Source: Candidatus Borrarchaeum weybense
GTDB taxonomy: Archaea > Asgardarchaeota > Sifarchaeia > Borrarchaeales > Borrarchaeaceae
Direction: 5' to 3'
DNA length: 64,000 bases
NCBI GenBank assembly: GCA_019057385.1
Contig: JAHQJS010000007.1
Location: 384,001-448,000 of the forward strand
The first letter of the stretch is position 1. Each line of letters starts with the position of its first letter. The position numbers were made by a program, and so were the translations under genes. The notes under the pieces were generated by a model that worked only from the letters and a program-made list of their open reading frames with translations, searched no databases and had not been told where the DNA came from. Positions 10,267 through 20,798 of the stretch are shown one piece after another.

Positions 10267-10722
10267 CTAATTATCTTTATCTGCTTCAAATCGTTCTTCT
10301 TTTAATGTTTTAATGGTCAGAATATGTATAGTAACCCCGATGGCTATTATAACTAAGATTATCCGTACTATCAAATCGTTAACAATGAAATAAGTTGAAA
10401 ATCCTATGGTAAGCCATAAGAATGTTATAGACAATAATTTTGCTTTTAGAGGAATACCTTTTCCTTCGTAATAATTTCTAATATAGCTACCAAACCATTT
10501 ATTGCTTATTAACCAATTGTATAGTTTCTTTGAACTCCTTGCATAACAATATGCAGCAAGCAGGAGAAAAGGCGTAGTAGGCAAAAGCGGTATAAAAATT
10601 CCAATAATCCCCAGTGCTAAAGAAAGAGTTCCGGTAACTACCAATGCACCTTTGAACAGTTTCTGTCGAAAAGTAATAGTTATATTGGCATCATTGATAT
10701 CCTTTTCTTCGCTTTTATCCAT
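10267..10722 (-). CDS. YbaN/DUF454 membrane protein
   Basis: GIFIPLLPTTPFLLLA. Confidence 0.92.
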   Translation of the reverse strand: MDKSEEKDINDANITITFRQKLFKGALVVTGTLSLALGIIGIFIPLLPTTPFLLLAAYCYARSSKKLYNWLISNKWFGSYIRNYYEGKGIPLKAKLLSITFLWLTIGFSTYFIVNDLIVRIILVIIAIGVTIHILTIKTLKEERFEADKDN

Positions 10723-10750
10723 TGTTCCACCATCATTTCAACATTGAACA

Positions 10751-12028
10751 CTATAGTTTACCTGTTTTGAAGTACGTTGCAATTTTCTCAGCGACTTTTT
10801 CTTGTTCTCTCCAATTACCATAGATAATGTCTTTTGAAATCAGTTTTTTTATCATTTTTCTAATATTTTTGTCTATTTTTCCTGCTGGTGCGTTCTTGAA
10901 AGGTGTTGAAGGTAAGGGCATAAATGTATGTGCATGAATTCTTGCCCCCATTTTTACTAAATCGCTCATAACCTTTATTGTTAATTCAATATCTTCTTCA
11001 TTTTCTTCAGGTAATCCAAAGACAAAGTCTACATTAGCATTAAGACCTTTTTTTAATGTCAGTTCAACAGAATTATATACATCTTCAACAGTATGACCTC
11101 TATGACACAAATCTAATACCCTTTGACTTCCGGATTGTGCACCGATAATTAAGTTGTCGTTATGTGCATATTTTAAAACTAAATCTATGGTTTCCTCGGT
11201 TACATGCTTTGGTCGGACTTCTGATGGAAAAGATCCTAAGAAAACTTTTCCTGAATCAAAAATTTCACTAACATCACTGAGCAATCTTTCTAATCTTGAA
11301 ATGTTTAATTTTTTTCCATCTAGTGAGCCGTAGGAAAACGCACTCGGTGCAATGAATCTAAGAAATGTAAGGTTTCGATTTTTCATAATTTGAACATACT
11401 TACAAATTACTTCTATACTTCGATGTCTTATTTGCCCTCCAAATAAATAAGGTGTTTGACAGAAATAGCAGAAATAGGGGCAGCCTCTCGTTATTTCGAT
11501 ATAGCCGAATCGATTATGTTTGACAGCAAAAGGTGGGTATCTATCTAAATCGATAGGAGGTCTTCGACCAGTATAGCAGTATTCACCTTCGTCGTCTAAA
11601 AAGGCTATTCCTTTGACAGTACTATAAGTTTCATTGTTATCTATCTTCTTAAGAAGTTCAATTAGGGTTTCTTCCCCTTCTCCTCTTATGACTACATCAA
11701 ATCCCATTCTAAGCGTTCCTATTGGATCTCCTGTTGGATGAGGACCTCCTGTTATGAATAGTGGTTTATTTTTGTATTTTTCTCTCAAATCCCTAATCAG
11801 TCTATAAGTTTCCCAAAGTTGAGGTGTACAAAATGAAATTCCAACGATCACTTCTTCATGTTTATTGATTATAGTCCCTAATCCTGAGATTAGTTCATTT
11901 TCGCGGCTAATGAAATAGATTGGTAAATTATCAAAATACTCATCTGTTTCTAGTGCTCCAACTAAAGCATTGAAACTGAACCTAGTCTGTTTGTTATAAT
12001 ACAGCACTAAAGCTATGTTTTTTTCCAT
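10751..12028 (-). CDS. B12-binding domain radical SAM protein (TIGR04013-like)
   Basis: [30 protein letters not shown]. Confidence 0.88.
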   Translation of the reverse strand: MEKNIALVLYYNKQTRFSFNALVGALETDEYFDNLPIYFISRENELISGLGTIINKHEEVIVGISFCTPQLWETYRLIRDLREKYKNKPLFITGGPHPTGDPIGTLRMGFDVVIRGEGEETLIELLKKIDNNETYSTVKGIAFLDDEGEYCYTGRRPPIDLDRYPPFAVKHNRFGYIEITRGCPYFCYFCQTPYLFGGQIRHRSIEVICKYVQIMKNRNLTFLRFIAPSAFSYGSLDGKKLNISRLERLLSDVSEIFDSGKVFLGSFPSEVRPKHVTEETIDLVLKYAHNDNLIIGAQSGSQRVLDLCHRGHTVEDVYNSVELTLKKGLNANVDFVFGLPEENEEDIELTIKVMSDLVKMGARIHAHTFMPLPSTPFKNAPAGKIDKNIRKMIKKLISKDIIYGNWREQEKVAEKIATYFKTGKL

Positions 12029-12203
12029 AATTAATCATCCTTTTCTCTTAACAGCGAAAACAGAGTTTGGATAATTTGGTTAATGCAAACAGCGTTTTGT
12101 TTTTTGGTCTAGTTGGACGTTTTTATTGAAATAAATTTATCTATAGAACCATAGTAATCGAATCTACAATAAAATAATATTCAACTTCAGGTAGGGAGTT
12201 CAA

Positions 12204-12782
12204 TTGCGAGAGTTTACAAGACCTAATATAGTTGTTAGTAAATGTCTCGGATTTGCCGCATGCCGATGGAATGCTGAAATAATTCAAGCGGACAATATTA
12301 AAAAACTTGAACCGTATGTAAATTTCATTCCCGTGTGTCCAGAGGTTGAAATTGGCCTAGGAATCCCTCGTGATCCGATACAAATTGTCTCCATGAATGG
12401 TGAAGAGAAACTTATACAGCCTGCAAGTGGAAATGATTTAACAGAAAAGATGATTAAATTTACAGACTTATTTTTGTCCTCCTTGGATGAAATTGATGGT
12501 TTTATCTTAAAAAGCCGCTCTCCTTCGTGTGGTATTAATGATGTAAAGATATATCCAAGCTTAGAAACAACAGATCCAATAAGTTCTAATAATTCAGGCT
12601 TTTTTGGTAGAAGAGTTCTTGAAATTTTTCCTGATTTAGCGATAAATGATGAATGTCAACTAAAAGACAGCAAAATAAGACAAGATTTTCTAAAAAAACT
12701 TTTTACCCGCGCTTGTTTTCGTGAAGGCCAAAAAGTCAATAAAATAGAAGATTTTGTGAAACGTAACTTCAAGAATTTGTAA
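12204..12782 (+). CDS. DUF523 (2-thiouracil desulfurase-like) protein; DUF1722 part absent
   Basis: SKCLG, PVCPEVEIGLGIPR, LKSRSPSCG. Confidence 0.85.
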   Translation: MREFTRPNIVVSKCLGFAACRWNAEIIQADNIKKLEPYVNFIPVCPEVEIGLGIPRDPIQIVSMNGEEKLIQPASGNDLTEKMIKFTDLFLSSLDEIDGFILKSRSPSCGINDVKIYPSLETTDPISSNNSGFFGRRVLEIFPDLAINDECQLKDSKIRQDFLKKLFTRACFREGQKVNKIEDFVKRNFKNL

Positions 12783-12852
12783 CCGATTTGCCTATATAAC
12801 AAATTTAAAAGATAATTGGGCTCGTTTATCATTATCTAAAATAGGAGGAGAT

Positions 12853-13398
12853 TTGTTTATGATGCCAATCGGTCCTTTAATGATTGAACACAGACTTATC
12901 GAACGTATAGTTCCTGTACTTAAAGAAGAACTCCGTAGAATTAACAATACAAACGAAGTGAATCCTGTTTTAATTGAAACTGCAGTTGATTTTTTTAGGA
13001 CATATGCAGACAGAACACACCATGGTAAAGAAGAAGATATTCTTTTTCGAGAACTTAAAAAAAAGCTACTCTCGCCTGAACATCAAAAAATTATGGATGA
13101 ATTAGTAGAAGAACATGTTTATGCAAGAAAAACTGTGGGCAATCTGCTTAAGGCTAAAGATAGCTTTATGCAGGGCAGTAAAAATGCTTTAAAGGATGTT
13201 ATAGATCGTTTAAGTGATCTTATTGAACTTTATCCTGCTCATATCGAAAAGGAAGACAAGAGGTTTTTCATACCAGTAATGGACTATTTCAGTAAACAAG
13301 AACAAGATGACATGCTTCAGGAATCATGGGAATTCGACAGAAAAATGATACATGAGAAATACGAAAACATTGTTGAACATCTTGAAGGTGCAGGCTAA
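12853..13398 (+). CDS. Hemerythrin-domain protein
   Basis: LMIEH, HHGKEEDILF, EEH, HIEKED. Confidence 0.9.
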   Translation: MFMMPIGPLMIEHRLIERIVPVLKEELRRINNTNEVNPVLIETAVDFFRTYADRTHHGKEEDILFRELKKKLLSPEHQKIMDELVEEHVYARKTVGNLLKAKDSFMQGSKNALKDVIDRLSDLIELYPAHIEKEDKRFFIPVMDYFSKQEQDDMLQESWEFDRKMIHEKYENIVEHLEGAG

Positions 13399-13435
13399 TT
13401 CATTAATAACTCTAAAACAATATAGACAATAAAAC

Positions 13436-14329
13436 TTATGGTAATTGAAACTCTTCTTCGGTTTTCTTTACCAAACCCTCTTTTTGTAACTGCTTGAGAT
13501 TTCTTTTTATTTTTTCTGATTCTACACCAAGTTTATTAATCATTTCTGATTCAGAGAGACTTTTTTCTTTTAGAAGTGCTTTTAAAATCATTCCTCGAAT
13601 TTCTCTGTTAGATCCTTTGAAAGATTTCTGTTTTCTATAATGGGCACTTCGTCTTGTGGGATTTTTATATCGTTTTTTAAGTAGAACCCCATAATCCATC
13701 ACCATATAGTACCATATGCGAGGATTTGAAGCATCGAGAGTTTTTTCTATCAAAGGAAAAATTTCGGCATCTTTAACATCATCTCTATCACTAAAGAAGA
13801 AGTGTAAAAATACACTTCGTATATTTGTTTCGATAAATACCGTAGGCTTATTGAAGGCAAAGGTAGCAACTGCAGAAGCCGTATATTCACCGATGCCTGG
13901 AAATTTTATCAAAATATCTGGAGAGGAAGGAAGTTTACCTTTAAAATCCGTTACTACCATATTTGCTGTTTCTTTTAAAGCCTTAGCCCTTCGATTATAT
14001 CCCAGCCCCTGCCATAATTCAAGTACTTCACGGAGAGACGCCTTAGCCAGTGATTCAAAATCTGGAAACGCTTCGATAAATTGTTCATATTTCTTGATAA
14101 CCCTTTTCGTTTGAGTTTGCTGAAGCATGATTTCTGAAACCAGAATATAATAGGGATCCTTCGTTTCTCTCCACGGAAATTTACGTCCATTTTCTTGATA
14201 GTAGTTATAAATGATTTTTTGAAAAAGACTGACTGCCTGTGGTGTTAGGCCATGTTCATTAAACTCATTTCTTAATTGTGAAGTAATATCCTTTTCTATT
14301 TGCCATGATGTTATGAAATCCTTCTTCAT
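13436..14329 (-). CDS. mutY: A/G-specific adenine glycosylase (MutY-like) lacking Fe-S cysteines
   Basis: PWR, VSEIMLQQT, WQGLGY, PGIGEYTA; no Cys cluster. Confidence 0.8.
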   Translation of the reverse strand: MKKDFITSWQIEKDITSQLRNEFNEHGLTPQAVSLFQKIIYNYYQENGRKFPWRETKDPYYILVSEIMLQQTQTKRVIKKYEQFIEAFPDFESLAKASLREVLELWQGLGYNRRAKALKETANMVVTDFKGKLPSSPDILIKFPGIGEYTASAVATFAFNKPTVFIETNIRSVFLHFFFSDRDDVKDAEIFPLIEKTLDASNPRIWYYMVMDYGVLLKKRYKNPTRRSAHYRKQKSFKGSNREIRGMILKALLKEKSLSESEMINKLGVESEKIKRNLKQLQKEGLVKKTEEEFQLP

Positions 14330-14449
14330 ATGTATCCCTATGCGCTTGATATCGTAAACGAATAAGCTGTAGCACGAAGACTTTTAAATTTTTATGAAAT
14401 TGTAGTTCATATTAAATAATTCAAATAATGTGTTTTGGGTGGATATAAT

Positions 14450-14800
14450 ATGCCATGGATAAAACAAGAAGATTGTGTTGGTTGTGAAACTTGTATTGAT
14501 GAATGTCCCGTTGATGCAATTTATTTGGAAAACGAAACAGCACATATAGATAAAGAACTTTGTGTTCGTTGCGGAATATGTCATGATATATGTCCAGAAG
14601 AGGCAATAAGACATGATAGTGAAAAAATACCTGAAGACGTGGAAGCCAACGTAGAGTGGACAAAAAAGCTGTTAGAATATTATGATAAAATAGAAGAAAG
14701 AAGGGCATTCCTCATAAGAATTGGTAAGTATTTCAACAAAGAAAAAGTAGTCGCAGAAAAGACAATCGAGCAAATAGAATTGTTGAAAGGGCAGTTATAA
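14450..14800 (+). CDS. 2x[4Fe-4S] ferredoxin
   Basis: CVGCETCIDECP, CVRCGICHDICP. Confidence 0.9.
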   Translation: MPWIKQEDCVGCETCIDECPVDAIYLENETAHIDKELCVRCGICHDICPEEAIRHDSEKIPEDVEANVEWTKKLLEYYDKIEERRAFLIRIGKYFNKEKVVAEKTIEQIELLKGQL

Positions 14801-14818
14801 CGAGGTCGAACCGCTAGA

Positions 14819-15391
14819 ATGAGAGATGAAATGGAAAGGTGGGAACAAGAAAAGGGAGTAAGGTTTCTAAGGAAAATTGGCATTAGAAAAGGCCAGACTG
14901 TTTTAGATTTCGGTTCGGGAGTTGGTCATTACAGTATCCCTGCGGCAATTATTGTTGGGATCAGAGGCAGAGTTTATGCCATCGATAAAGATCACAATGA
15001 TTTGAACAAATTAGAGCAAAAAGCAATTTTTCTAAATTTAGTGAGTATTAGACCAATTGGGACCTCTGGAGAATTAAGACTTGATTTAGAGGACAAATCA
15101 ATCGATGCAGCATTAATTTATGATGTCTTGCACTATTTAAAAAAATATGAAAGGAAAATATTATACACTGAAGTTCACCGTGTCTTAAAGTCAAATGCTT
15201 TGCTTTCAATCTATCCCAAACATACAGCTGAAGATTTTCCAATGTGGGAATTTAGAAACATGCGTTTAAATGCTGTTATCAAAGAAATCCAAGATTCTGG
15301 CTTTATCTTCGAAAAAAAATATTGTAATAAAATCATCCACTATGACTGGCTTACTCAGGGTTGTGTCTTTAATTTTAAGAAGATCAATTAA
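14819..15391 (+). CDS. Class I SAM-dependent methyltransferase
   Basis: VLDFGSGVG, YAID, DVLH. Confidence 0.85.
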   Translation: MRDEMERWEQEKGVRFLRKIGIRKGQTVLDFGSGVGHYSIPAAIIVGIRGRVYAIDKDHNDLNKLEQKAIFLNLVSIRPIGTSGELRLDLEDKSIDAALIYDVLHYLKKYERKILYTEVHRVLKSNALLSIYPKHTAEDFPMWEFRNMRLNAVIKEIQDSGFIFEKKYCNKIIHYDWLTQGCVFNFKKIN

Positions 15392-15415
15392 AAGCAAATA
15401 GTTTCTCTAACAAGT

Positions 15416-15847
15416 CTATTCTTTTAATGAGTTTCTTATCATAGTAGAAATTTTATCCAGCTCTTCTCTTGGTGGCTCTAAGAAGTTATTTGGACCATAT
15501 TTCACCTCGAATCCGTCTCCAAAAAAGCGAGGAACTACATGTAGGTGGATGTGGAATATTTCTTGAGCCGCCGCCTTGCCGTCGGATAGAAATAGGTTAA
15601 TTCCTTCGCATTCTATTCCTGATTTTTTAATTGCCTTTACGATGCGTAATGCGACCTTAAACATATGTGCACCCATTTCTTCGTCTAATTCTGATAAGCC
15701 AGGAGCATGAGTTTTTGGAATCACTACTAGATGTCCAGGGTTAATTGGTCGGATTACCATGAATGCGAGTACTTTTTCATCTGAATACACGATACTCGCA
15801 GGTTTTTTGTCATTTATAATTTCGCAGAACACACAATTTTGTTCCAT
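15416..15847 (-). CDS. HIT family hydrolase
   Basis: CVFCEI, PGHLVVIPK, HIHLH; start revised. Confidence 0.9.
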   Translation of the reverse strand: MEQNCVFCEIINDKKPASIVYSDEKVLAFMVIRPINPGHLVVIPKTHAPGLSELDEEMGAHMFKVALRIVKAIKKSGIECEGINLFLSDGKAAAQEIFHIHLHVVPRFFGDGFEVKYGPNNFLEPPREELDKISTMIRNSLKE

Positions 15848-16072
15848 AAGCATCCCTTCATTCTCCTTAAGCTGAATTATCTTTAACTGATTTACCTTTA
15901 AAAAGTAATGAGATACGAAAACATTAAACCAAGAAAAGAAATGAAATAACACCGATGCCACTTTAACAAAGTTTTTATTTTTCATTCTCTGATACAAGAG
16001 GCTATCAATTGAAATTTAAGGTTCTGTGAATATTCAGGAGGACATTTTTTGAACGAAAAAATAAGAGAGAGA

Positions 16073-16263
16073 ATGAGATTAAGTCAATCACCCCCTAACA
16101 AGTTGGGGGGTCTCCTTGCGGTGGTAATTATGAACAGGAGAAAAAACTAAAAGAGATAGATTGGGACAACTTAGATTGGCAGGAATATCTTTGCGATTGT
16201 TGTCATGGAGGTAGTACTGCGCCTACAATTCGAAGCAAGGATAAAGATGCCAAACATGATTAA
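16073..16263 (+). pseudogene. 47-aa CDCCH-containing small ORF interrupted by a mini-element
   Basis: Removing 16083..16129 restores MRLNEQEKKLKEIDWDNLDWQEYLCDCCHGGSTAPTIRSKDKDAKHD*. Confidence 0.55.
16083..16129 (+). mobile_element. 47-bp IscB-type IS200/IS605 mini-element (fused ends)
   Basis: GTCAATCACCCCCTAACAAGTTGGGGGGTCTCCTTGCGGTGGTAATT|ATGA matches both termini of the 29670 and 58543 elements. Confidence 0.85.
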
Positions 16264-16315
16264 GGATTTACTTGGACCAGTGATAAAAGACATATTATGA
16301 GAATGTAAGAAAAAT

Positions 16316-17185
16316 GTGATAAAAATGGATCCAGAGGATGAAAAAAAAGAAGTTGAAATAAAAAAGATGGTACGAGAGGGTTATGCTAAGGTAGTTAAAG
16401 AAGAGAGTTCCTGTTGCCCTTCAGTAGATTCTTGCTGTGAAGGAGGCACTAGTACATTAGAAGATATGAGTAAAATGGTGGGATACACTGAAGAAGAACT
16501 CAAGGAAGTTCCTGCAGGAGCAAACCTAGGACTCGGATGCGGCAATCCCGTTGCTCTCGCTTCATTACAAAAAGGTGAAATCGTACTTGATCTTGGCTCA
16601 GGTGCTGGCTTTGACTGTTTTCTTGCAGCAAACAGAGTAGGAAAAGATGGTAAAGTGATTGGCGTAGATATGACACCAGAAATGATAGACAAAGCCAGAA
16701 TGAATGCAAGAAAAGGAGATTACGAAAATATAGAATTTAGGCTTGGAGAGATCGAAAATCTTCCTGCAGCTGATAATTCAGTAGATGTCGTTATTTCAAA
16801 TTGTGTAATTAACCTCTCACCAAATAAAAAAAGAGTTTTTGAAGAAGCATATAGGGTATTAAAGCCTGGAGGAAGGTTGATGGTCTCTGATATTGTATTA
16901 TTGAAAGAACTTCCAGATTTCATAAAGAAATCCGTTGAAGCCTATGTTAGTTGTGTTTCCGGAGCGATTATGAAGGACGAATACCTTAATCTAATACAGA
17001 TTGCAGGATTTGAGGAAGTAAATATAATTGATGAAACAGCCTTCCCTGCGGAATGCGTTACTAATGACCCGACTGTAAAAAGAATTATAGATGAGTTAAA
17101 AATTCCACTTGAAACAGTAGAAGATGCGATTAATTCGGCAGTGAGTATAAAACTCAATGGGATCAAACCAATTATAATCAAATAG
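16316..17185 (+). CDS. arsM: Arsenite S-adenosylmethionine methyltransferase
   Basis: SCC..SCC, LGLGCGNP, LDLGSGAGFD, GVDMTPEM, SNCVINL, CVSGA. Confidence 0.9.
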   Translation: MIKMDPEDEKKEVEIKKMVREGYAKVVKEESSCCPSVDSCCEGGTSTLEDMSKMVGYTEEELKEVPAGANLGLGCGNPVALASLQKGEIVLDLGSGAGFDCFLAANRVGKDGKVIGVDMTPEMIDKARMNARKGDYENIEFRLGEIENLPAADNSVDVVISNCVINLSPNKKRVFEEAYRVLKPGGRLMVSDIVLLKELPDFIKKSVEAYVSCVSGAIMKDEYLNLIQIAGFEEVNIIDETAFPAECVTNDPTVKRIIDELKIPLETVEDAINSAVSIKLNGIKPIIIK

Positions 17186-17226
17186 TGATCATCGTTAAGG
17201 ATGAGGGAATTCATTTTATTCCTTCT

Positions 17227-17272
17227 GTAAACTACCTCACCCTATCGGAAGGGGACTTCCTGCCGATTAAGT
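17227..17272 (-). mobile_element. IS200/IS605 mini-element (single hairpin)
   Basis: Minus strand TTAA|acttaatcggcaggAAGTccccttccgatagggtgaggtagtttac. Confidence 0.65.
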
Positions 17273-17333
17273 TTAAATAAGTATAAACAATAGTGTTAAT
17301 AGTAGTGAGATGTATCTAAGGAGATGAGAACTT

Positions 17334-17519
17334 ATGAGTAGAAGAGGACGAGGTGGCGGAGCAGGAGGAGGCAGAGGAAGAGGCGGTGGATATGGTCTTG
17401 GTCCTGGAGGACAATGTGTATGTCCTAGTTGCGGCTACACAGCTCAACATATAGTAGGACAACCCTGTTATTCGATGAAATGTCCTAACTGTGGTTCACC
17501 TATGACAAGGGGAAGCTAA
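17334..17519 (+). CDS. Small Gly/Arg-rich double zinc-ribbon protein
   Basis: RG-rich N-terminus, GPGGQCVCPSCG, HIVGQPC, CPNCG; GGAGA SD. Confidence 0.8.
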   Translation: MSRRGRGGGAGGGRGRGGGYGLGPGGQCVCPSCGYTAQHIVGQPCYSMKCPNCGSPMTRGS

Positions 17520-17602
17520 ATTCATCAATAATTTACTTTTGCAGTAACACAAAAGATGAATTTGATATTGAGGGTTAGTGCCTTTTCAAGGTAGCAAAGA
17601 TT

Positions 17603-19840
17603 TCAAATTACCTCTTTTTTATTGATTAAATCTGCAACGGTTTTAATACCAAGTTCGTATAAGCGTCTTAGTTTCTTTCTTTCAGTGTACTCAAAAAATG
17701 GTGAGACGGCGATTAACTCCTCTTTGACACCTACCCGAATTCGTTCAGTTAAAGATTTCACAATTTTTTCTAATGCCTTTTCAATATCACTGCTCATGCT
17801 ACGTCCTATTCCTAAGATAGCATTAAGAATCCAATTAATTGAAGATCTAATTGATTCAAAATCCCCAGGCTCAATGATTTTGAGGGCCTCATTTAATTCT
17901 CTTTCATTGATCCAATCCCAGACGCAATCAAATAACTCAGTAGCTAAATATTTGCTAGAAAACTCCTCTGTTAGGATTTTCATTCCCAGCAAAAGAATGT
18001 TTTCTGTTGTGTAAACTGAAGTATTAAGAAGAACGTTACGTATGATTTGGCTTGTTTCAGGTCGAATATAATGCAGCACTGCAGCCCTACCAAAGTCGGT
18101 GACAAAATATTTTCCATCTCTTATTTTTATCATATTTGCTTGGTTTAAATAAGTAAAGATATCTTTTTCAAGCGCATTTCTCACAATAGTCTTTTTGTAG
18201 GCTTCTAGTTCTTTGTGAGCATCACAGAATAATGAGAACGCTATACGATGAAGGCACATTTTTGAATTCTTAATTCCACAATTACAATAATGGCCCTTAT
18301 TTTCATCAAAAGAAACTATGTAATTTCCAACTCTACCAAGTAATCTATTTTTTGAAGCACTAAGCAACTCAATATCGGAGAACAGTAACTTTGCCTTATC
18401 AATCGATTCTGTGGATTCAATATCAGATAAGATTTCTTCAATTCCTCTCCCTGCATACTTTGGAAGTGCATCGCTATTAGATTTTTGCTCTAAGTATGCC
18501 CAAAATGTTCGTTTAAAGAATGATATTAGTTCATCTTCAGTTAATCCATATTTTCGTTTCTCGTATATCTTTACGAGTACTTGCTCACGTAAAGTGGAAA
18601 CATTGTTAAATTGACTAAGGATAGGTTCATAGTCTTCGATTTTCTCGCCCACAGAAGTTTGAGTATACATATATGCCTCAATAAACTCTTTGTCTTTCTT
18701 ATCCTCTGCTAATATAATCCCTATTCCCTCTTCATCTAATCCTGGACGCCCTGCTCTTCCTAATATCTGAAATATTTCATTTGATGTGAGTGTTCTAAGT
18801 GGTTTTTCCGAATCACCTATTCTTATATCCTTTATTACAACAAGCCTTGCCGGAACATTGATACCTGCAGAAAGAGTTGTTGTACAAACAATTACTTTAA
18901 TAATACCTTGTCTAAAATAACTCTCTACAATTTTCCTATCACTTGAAATAAGCCCTGCGTGATGATATCCAACACCTTTTGGCAGTATGGTTTTTAATTT
19001 AATAGATAGATTTGATACAAGATCTGCATCAATTTCATTACCTTTTGGCTTCAAAATACGTTCTAGTTGATTTGCTATACGTTCAGCTAAAAATTCAGCA
19101 TCTCTCCTTGTCATAGCAAAAATTAATACTTGCCCGTTTATTAAAATCGTTTTTTCTACAAGCTTAAGTATCAAATTAAGTTTATTTTTATTTTTAGATA
19201 CAAGGGTTTTAATTGTTAACGGTACTGTTCTTTCATTTGAAATTATTGGATATGCTTGTAACCAGTCAGATAACTCTTCCCAATTCTTTACTGTCGCGCT
19301 TAAGCAAATTAACTGTGTATACGGGAGATATTCCTTTAAACGAATAATGACACTTTCTAACCTTGAACCTCTCTCTTTTTGACCAATCATATGAACTTCA
19401 TCAATAACAATTACAGCTATGTCCGGTAACCAATCCGGTTTGGTTCGCAATAAACTATCAAATCGTTCATAAGTAGCTATAATTAAATTTGCAGCGCTTA
19501 ATTCCTCTGGAATAGTCTCGAAATCACCTGTTGAGACTTTAACGGCAAAAAAATCCTCATATTTCCTACAAAATTCATCATATTTTTCATCAGCAACAGC
19601 TTTTAGTGGAACAAGAAAAAGTGCCTTTTGATTTTCATTACCTAAAAGATGTTTAAGAATCGCTAACTCACCAATAAGAGTTTTACCTGAACCTGTAGGG
19701 GCTGAGATTAATAGATTTTTTCCTTTCAACAAACCTTTTTCTATAGCTTGCTCTTGAAATTCTCTAAAATCACTAATACGTTGTTTCTTCATGATTTCGA
19801 CGATTTGGGGATATGCTGACAATAATTCAAGCGCTGACAT
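17603..19840 (-). CDS. Ski2/Hel308-like SF2 helicase with inserted SWIM finger
   Basis: APTGSGKT, DEVH, LSAT, HHAGL, GINVPA, GRAGRP; YCNC..CLH insert. Confidence 0.88.
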   Translation of the reverse strand: MSALELLSAYPQIVEIMKKQRISDFREFQEQAIEKGLLKGKNLLISAPTGSGKTLIGELAILKHLLGNENQKALFLVPLKAVADEKYDEFCRKYEDFFAVKVSTGDFETIPEELSAANLIIATYERFDSLLRTKPDWLPDIAVIVIDEVHMIGQKERGSRLESVIIRLKEYLPYTQLICLSATVKNWEELSDWLQAYPIISNERTVPLTIKTLVSKNKNKLNLILKLVEKTILINGQVLIFAMTRRDAEFLAERIANQLERILKPKGNEIDADLVSNLSIKLKTILPKGVGYHHAGLISSDRKIVESYFRQGIIKVIVCTTTLSAGINVPARLVVIKDIRIGDSEKPLRTLTSNEIFQILGRAGRPGLDEEGIGIILAEDKKDKEFIEAYMYTQTSVGEKIEDYEPILSQFNNVSTLREQVLVKIYEKRKYGLTEDELISFFKRTFWAYLEQKSNSDALPKYAGRGIEEILSDIESTESIDKAKLLFSDIELLSASKNRLLGRVGNYIVSFDENKGHYCNCGIKNSKMCLHRIAFSLFCDAHKELEAYKKTIVRNALEKDIFTYLNQANMIKIRDGKYFVTDFGRAAVLHYIRPETSQIIRNVLLNTSVYTTENILLLGMKILTEEFSSKYLATELFDCVWDWINERELNEALKIIEPGDFESIRSSINWILNAILGIGRSMSSDIEKALEKIVKSLTERIRVGVKEELIAVSPFFEYTERKKLRRLYELGIKTVADLINKKEVI

Positions 19841-19974
19841 AATCTATACAACTCTTCTAACATATATAAGAAATCCTAATTTAAAAAAACCAGCAAATAT
19901 TAAAAAAGCAAATAAATTGCCCTCAAGAAAACCACAAAATTAAAAACTTCTTGAATCAGGAGTTCTAATTCTCT

Positions 19975-20745
19975 TTAAGAATCTAATAAGACTTCTTTAG
20001 CAACTTGAAAGAGAGTTTCTAAATGATCTTTGGTCAAATGGAATTTAAGTTCCCATTCCAGTTCTGCTAAATAATCGCTAATTGTAAAAATAGATCCTGC
20101 CTCAACACCTCTGTATTCTGCTACTGAAAAAATTGCTGAGGCTTCCATATCAACTGTTAAAACTCCTTCTTTTTGATACTGCTTAACTTCCGTTATTGTT
20201 TCTCTATAAGGAGTATCGATAGTCCATGTGGTCCCAACCGAATACTCTAAGTTAAATCTAGTTAATGCTTCTTCTATCTTTTTAGTCAATGTTTTTGAAG
20301 CAAAGGAATATTTTGATGATTTAATGTAATGATGAGATACGCCTTCGTCCCTTATTGCTTTGTCACAAATAATGATATTGCCAACTCTAAGATCTTTTTG
20401 TAATGATCCTGCTATACCAACCGAAATAAATTCCTTGACACCAAAAGCAATGAGTTGTTCCAGTAGTATTACCACTACAGGAGCCCCCCAGCCGAAGTTT
20501 CCAAGGACACCTATCCTGTTATCTGTTTCTTTTAATAGATAGAAGTCTCCATGGAAGCCACGAACTTTTACTATTTCGTGATTTTTTATTATATACTCCA
20601 ACAATTCCTTCTGAAATAAAAGAATCACTCCTTTAGGTGGTTTATAATCCGGATACTTTCCTCTTTTCTTTAAGTAGTCCAAATATTTCTGTGGTGTAAG
20701 CAGTGCAGCTTCTTTATGTTTGTTTTTCAGATTTGGAAATGACAT
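19975..20745 (-). CDS. Nucleoside phosphorylase (PNP/UDP family)
   Basis: IRDEG, YRET, VDMEAS, ISD. Confidence 0.9.
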   Translation of the reverse strand: MSFPNLKNKHKEAALLTPQKYLDYLKKRGKYPDYKPPKGVILLFQKELLEYIIKNHEIVKVRGFHGDFYLLKETDNRIGVLGNFGWGAPVVVILLEQLIAFGVKEFISVGIAGSLQKDLRVGNIIICDKAIRDEGVSHHYIKSSKYSFASKTLTKKIEEALTRFNLEYSVGTTWTIDTPYRETITEVKQYQKEGVLTVDMEASAIFSVAEYRGVEAGSIFTISDYLAELEWELKFHLTKDHLETLFQVAKEVLLDS

Positions 20746-20798
20746 TATCTTTCAGTTAATTTGATATTATATATAATTTAGCATTCAATTAAGAAAAC

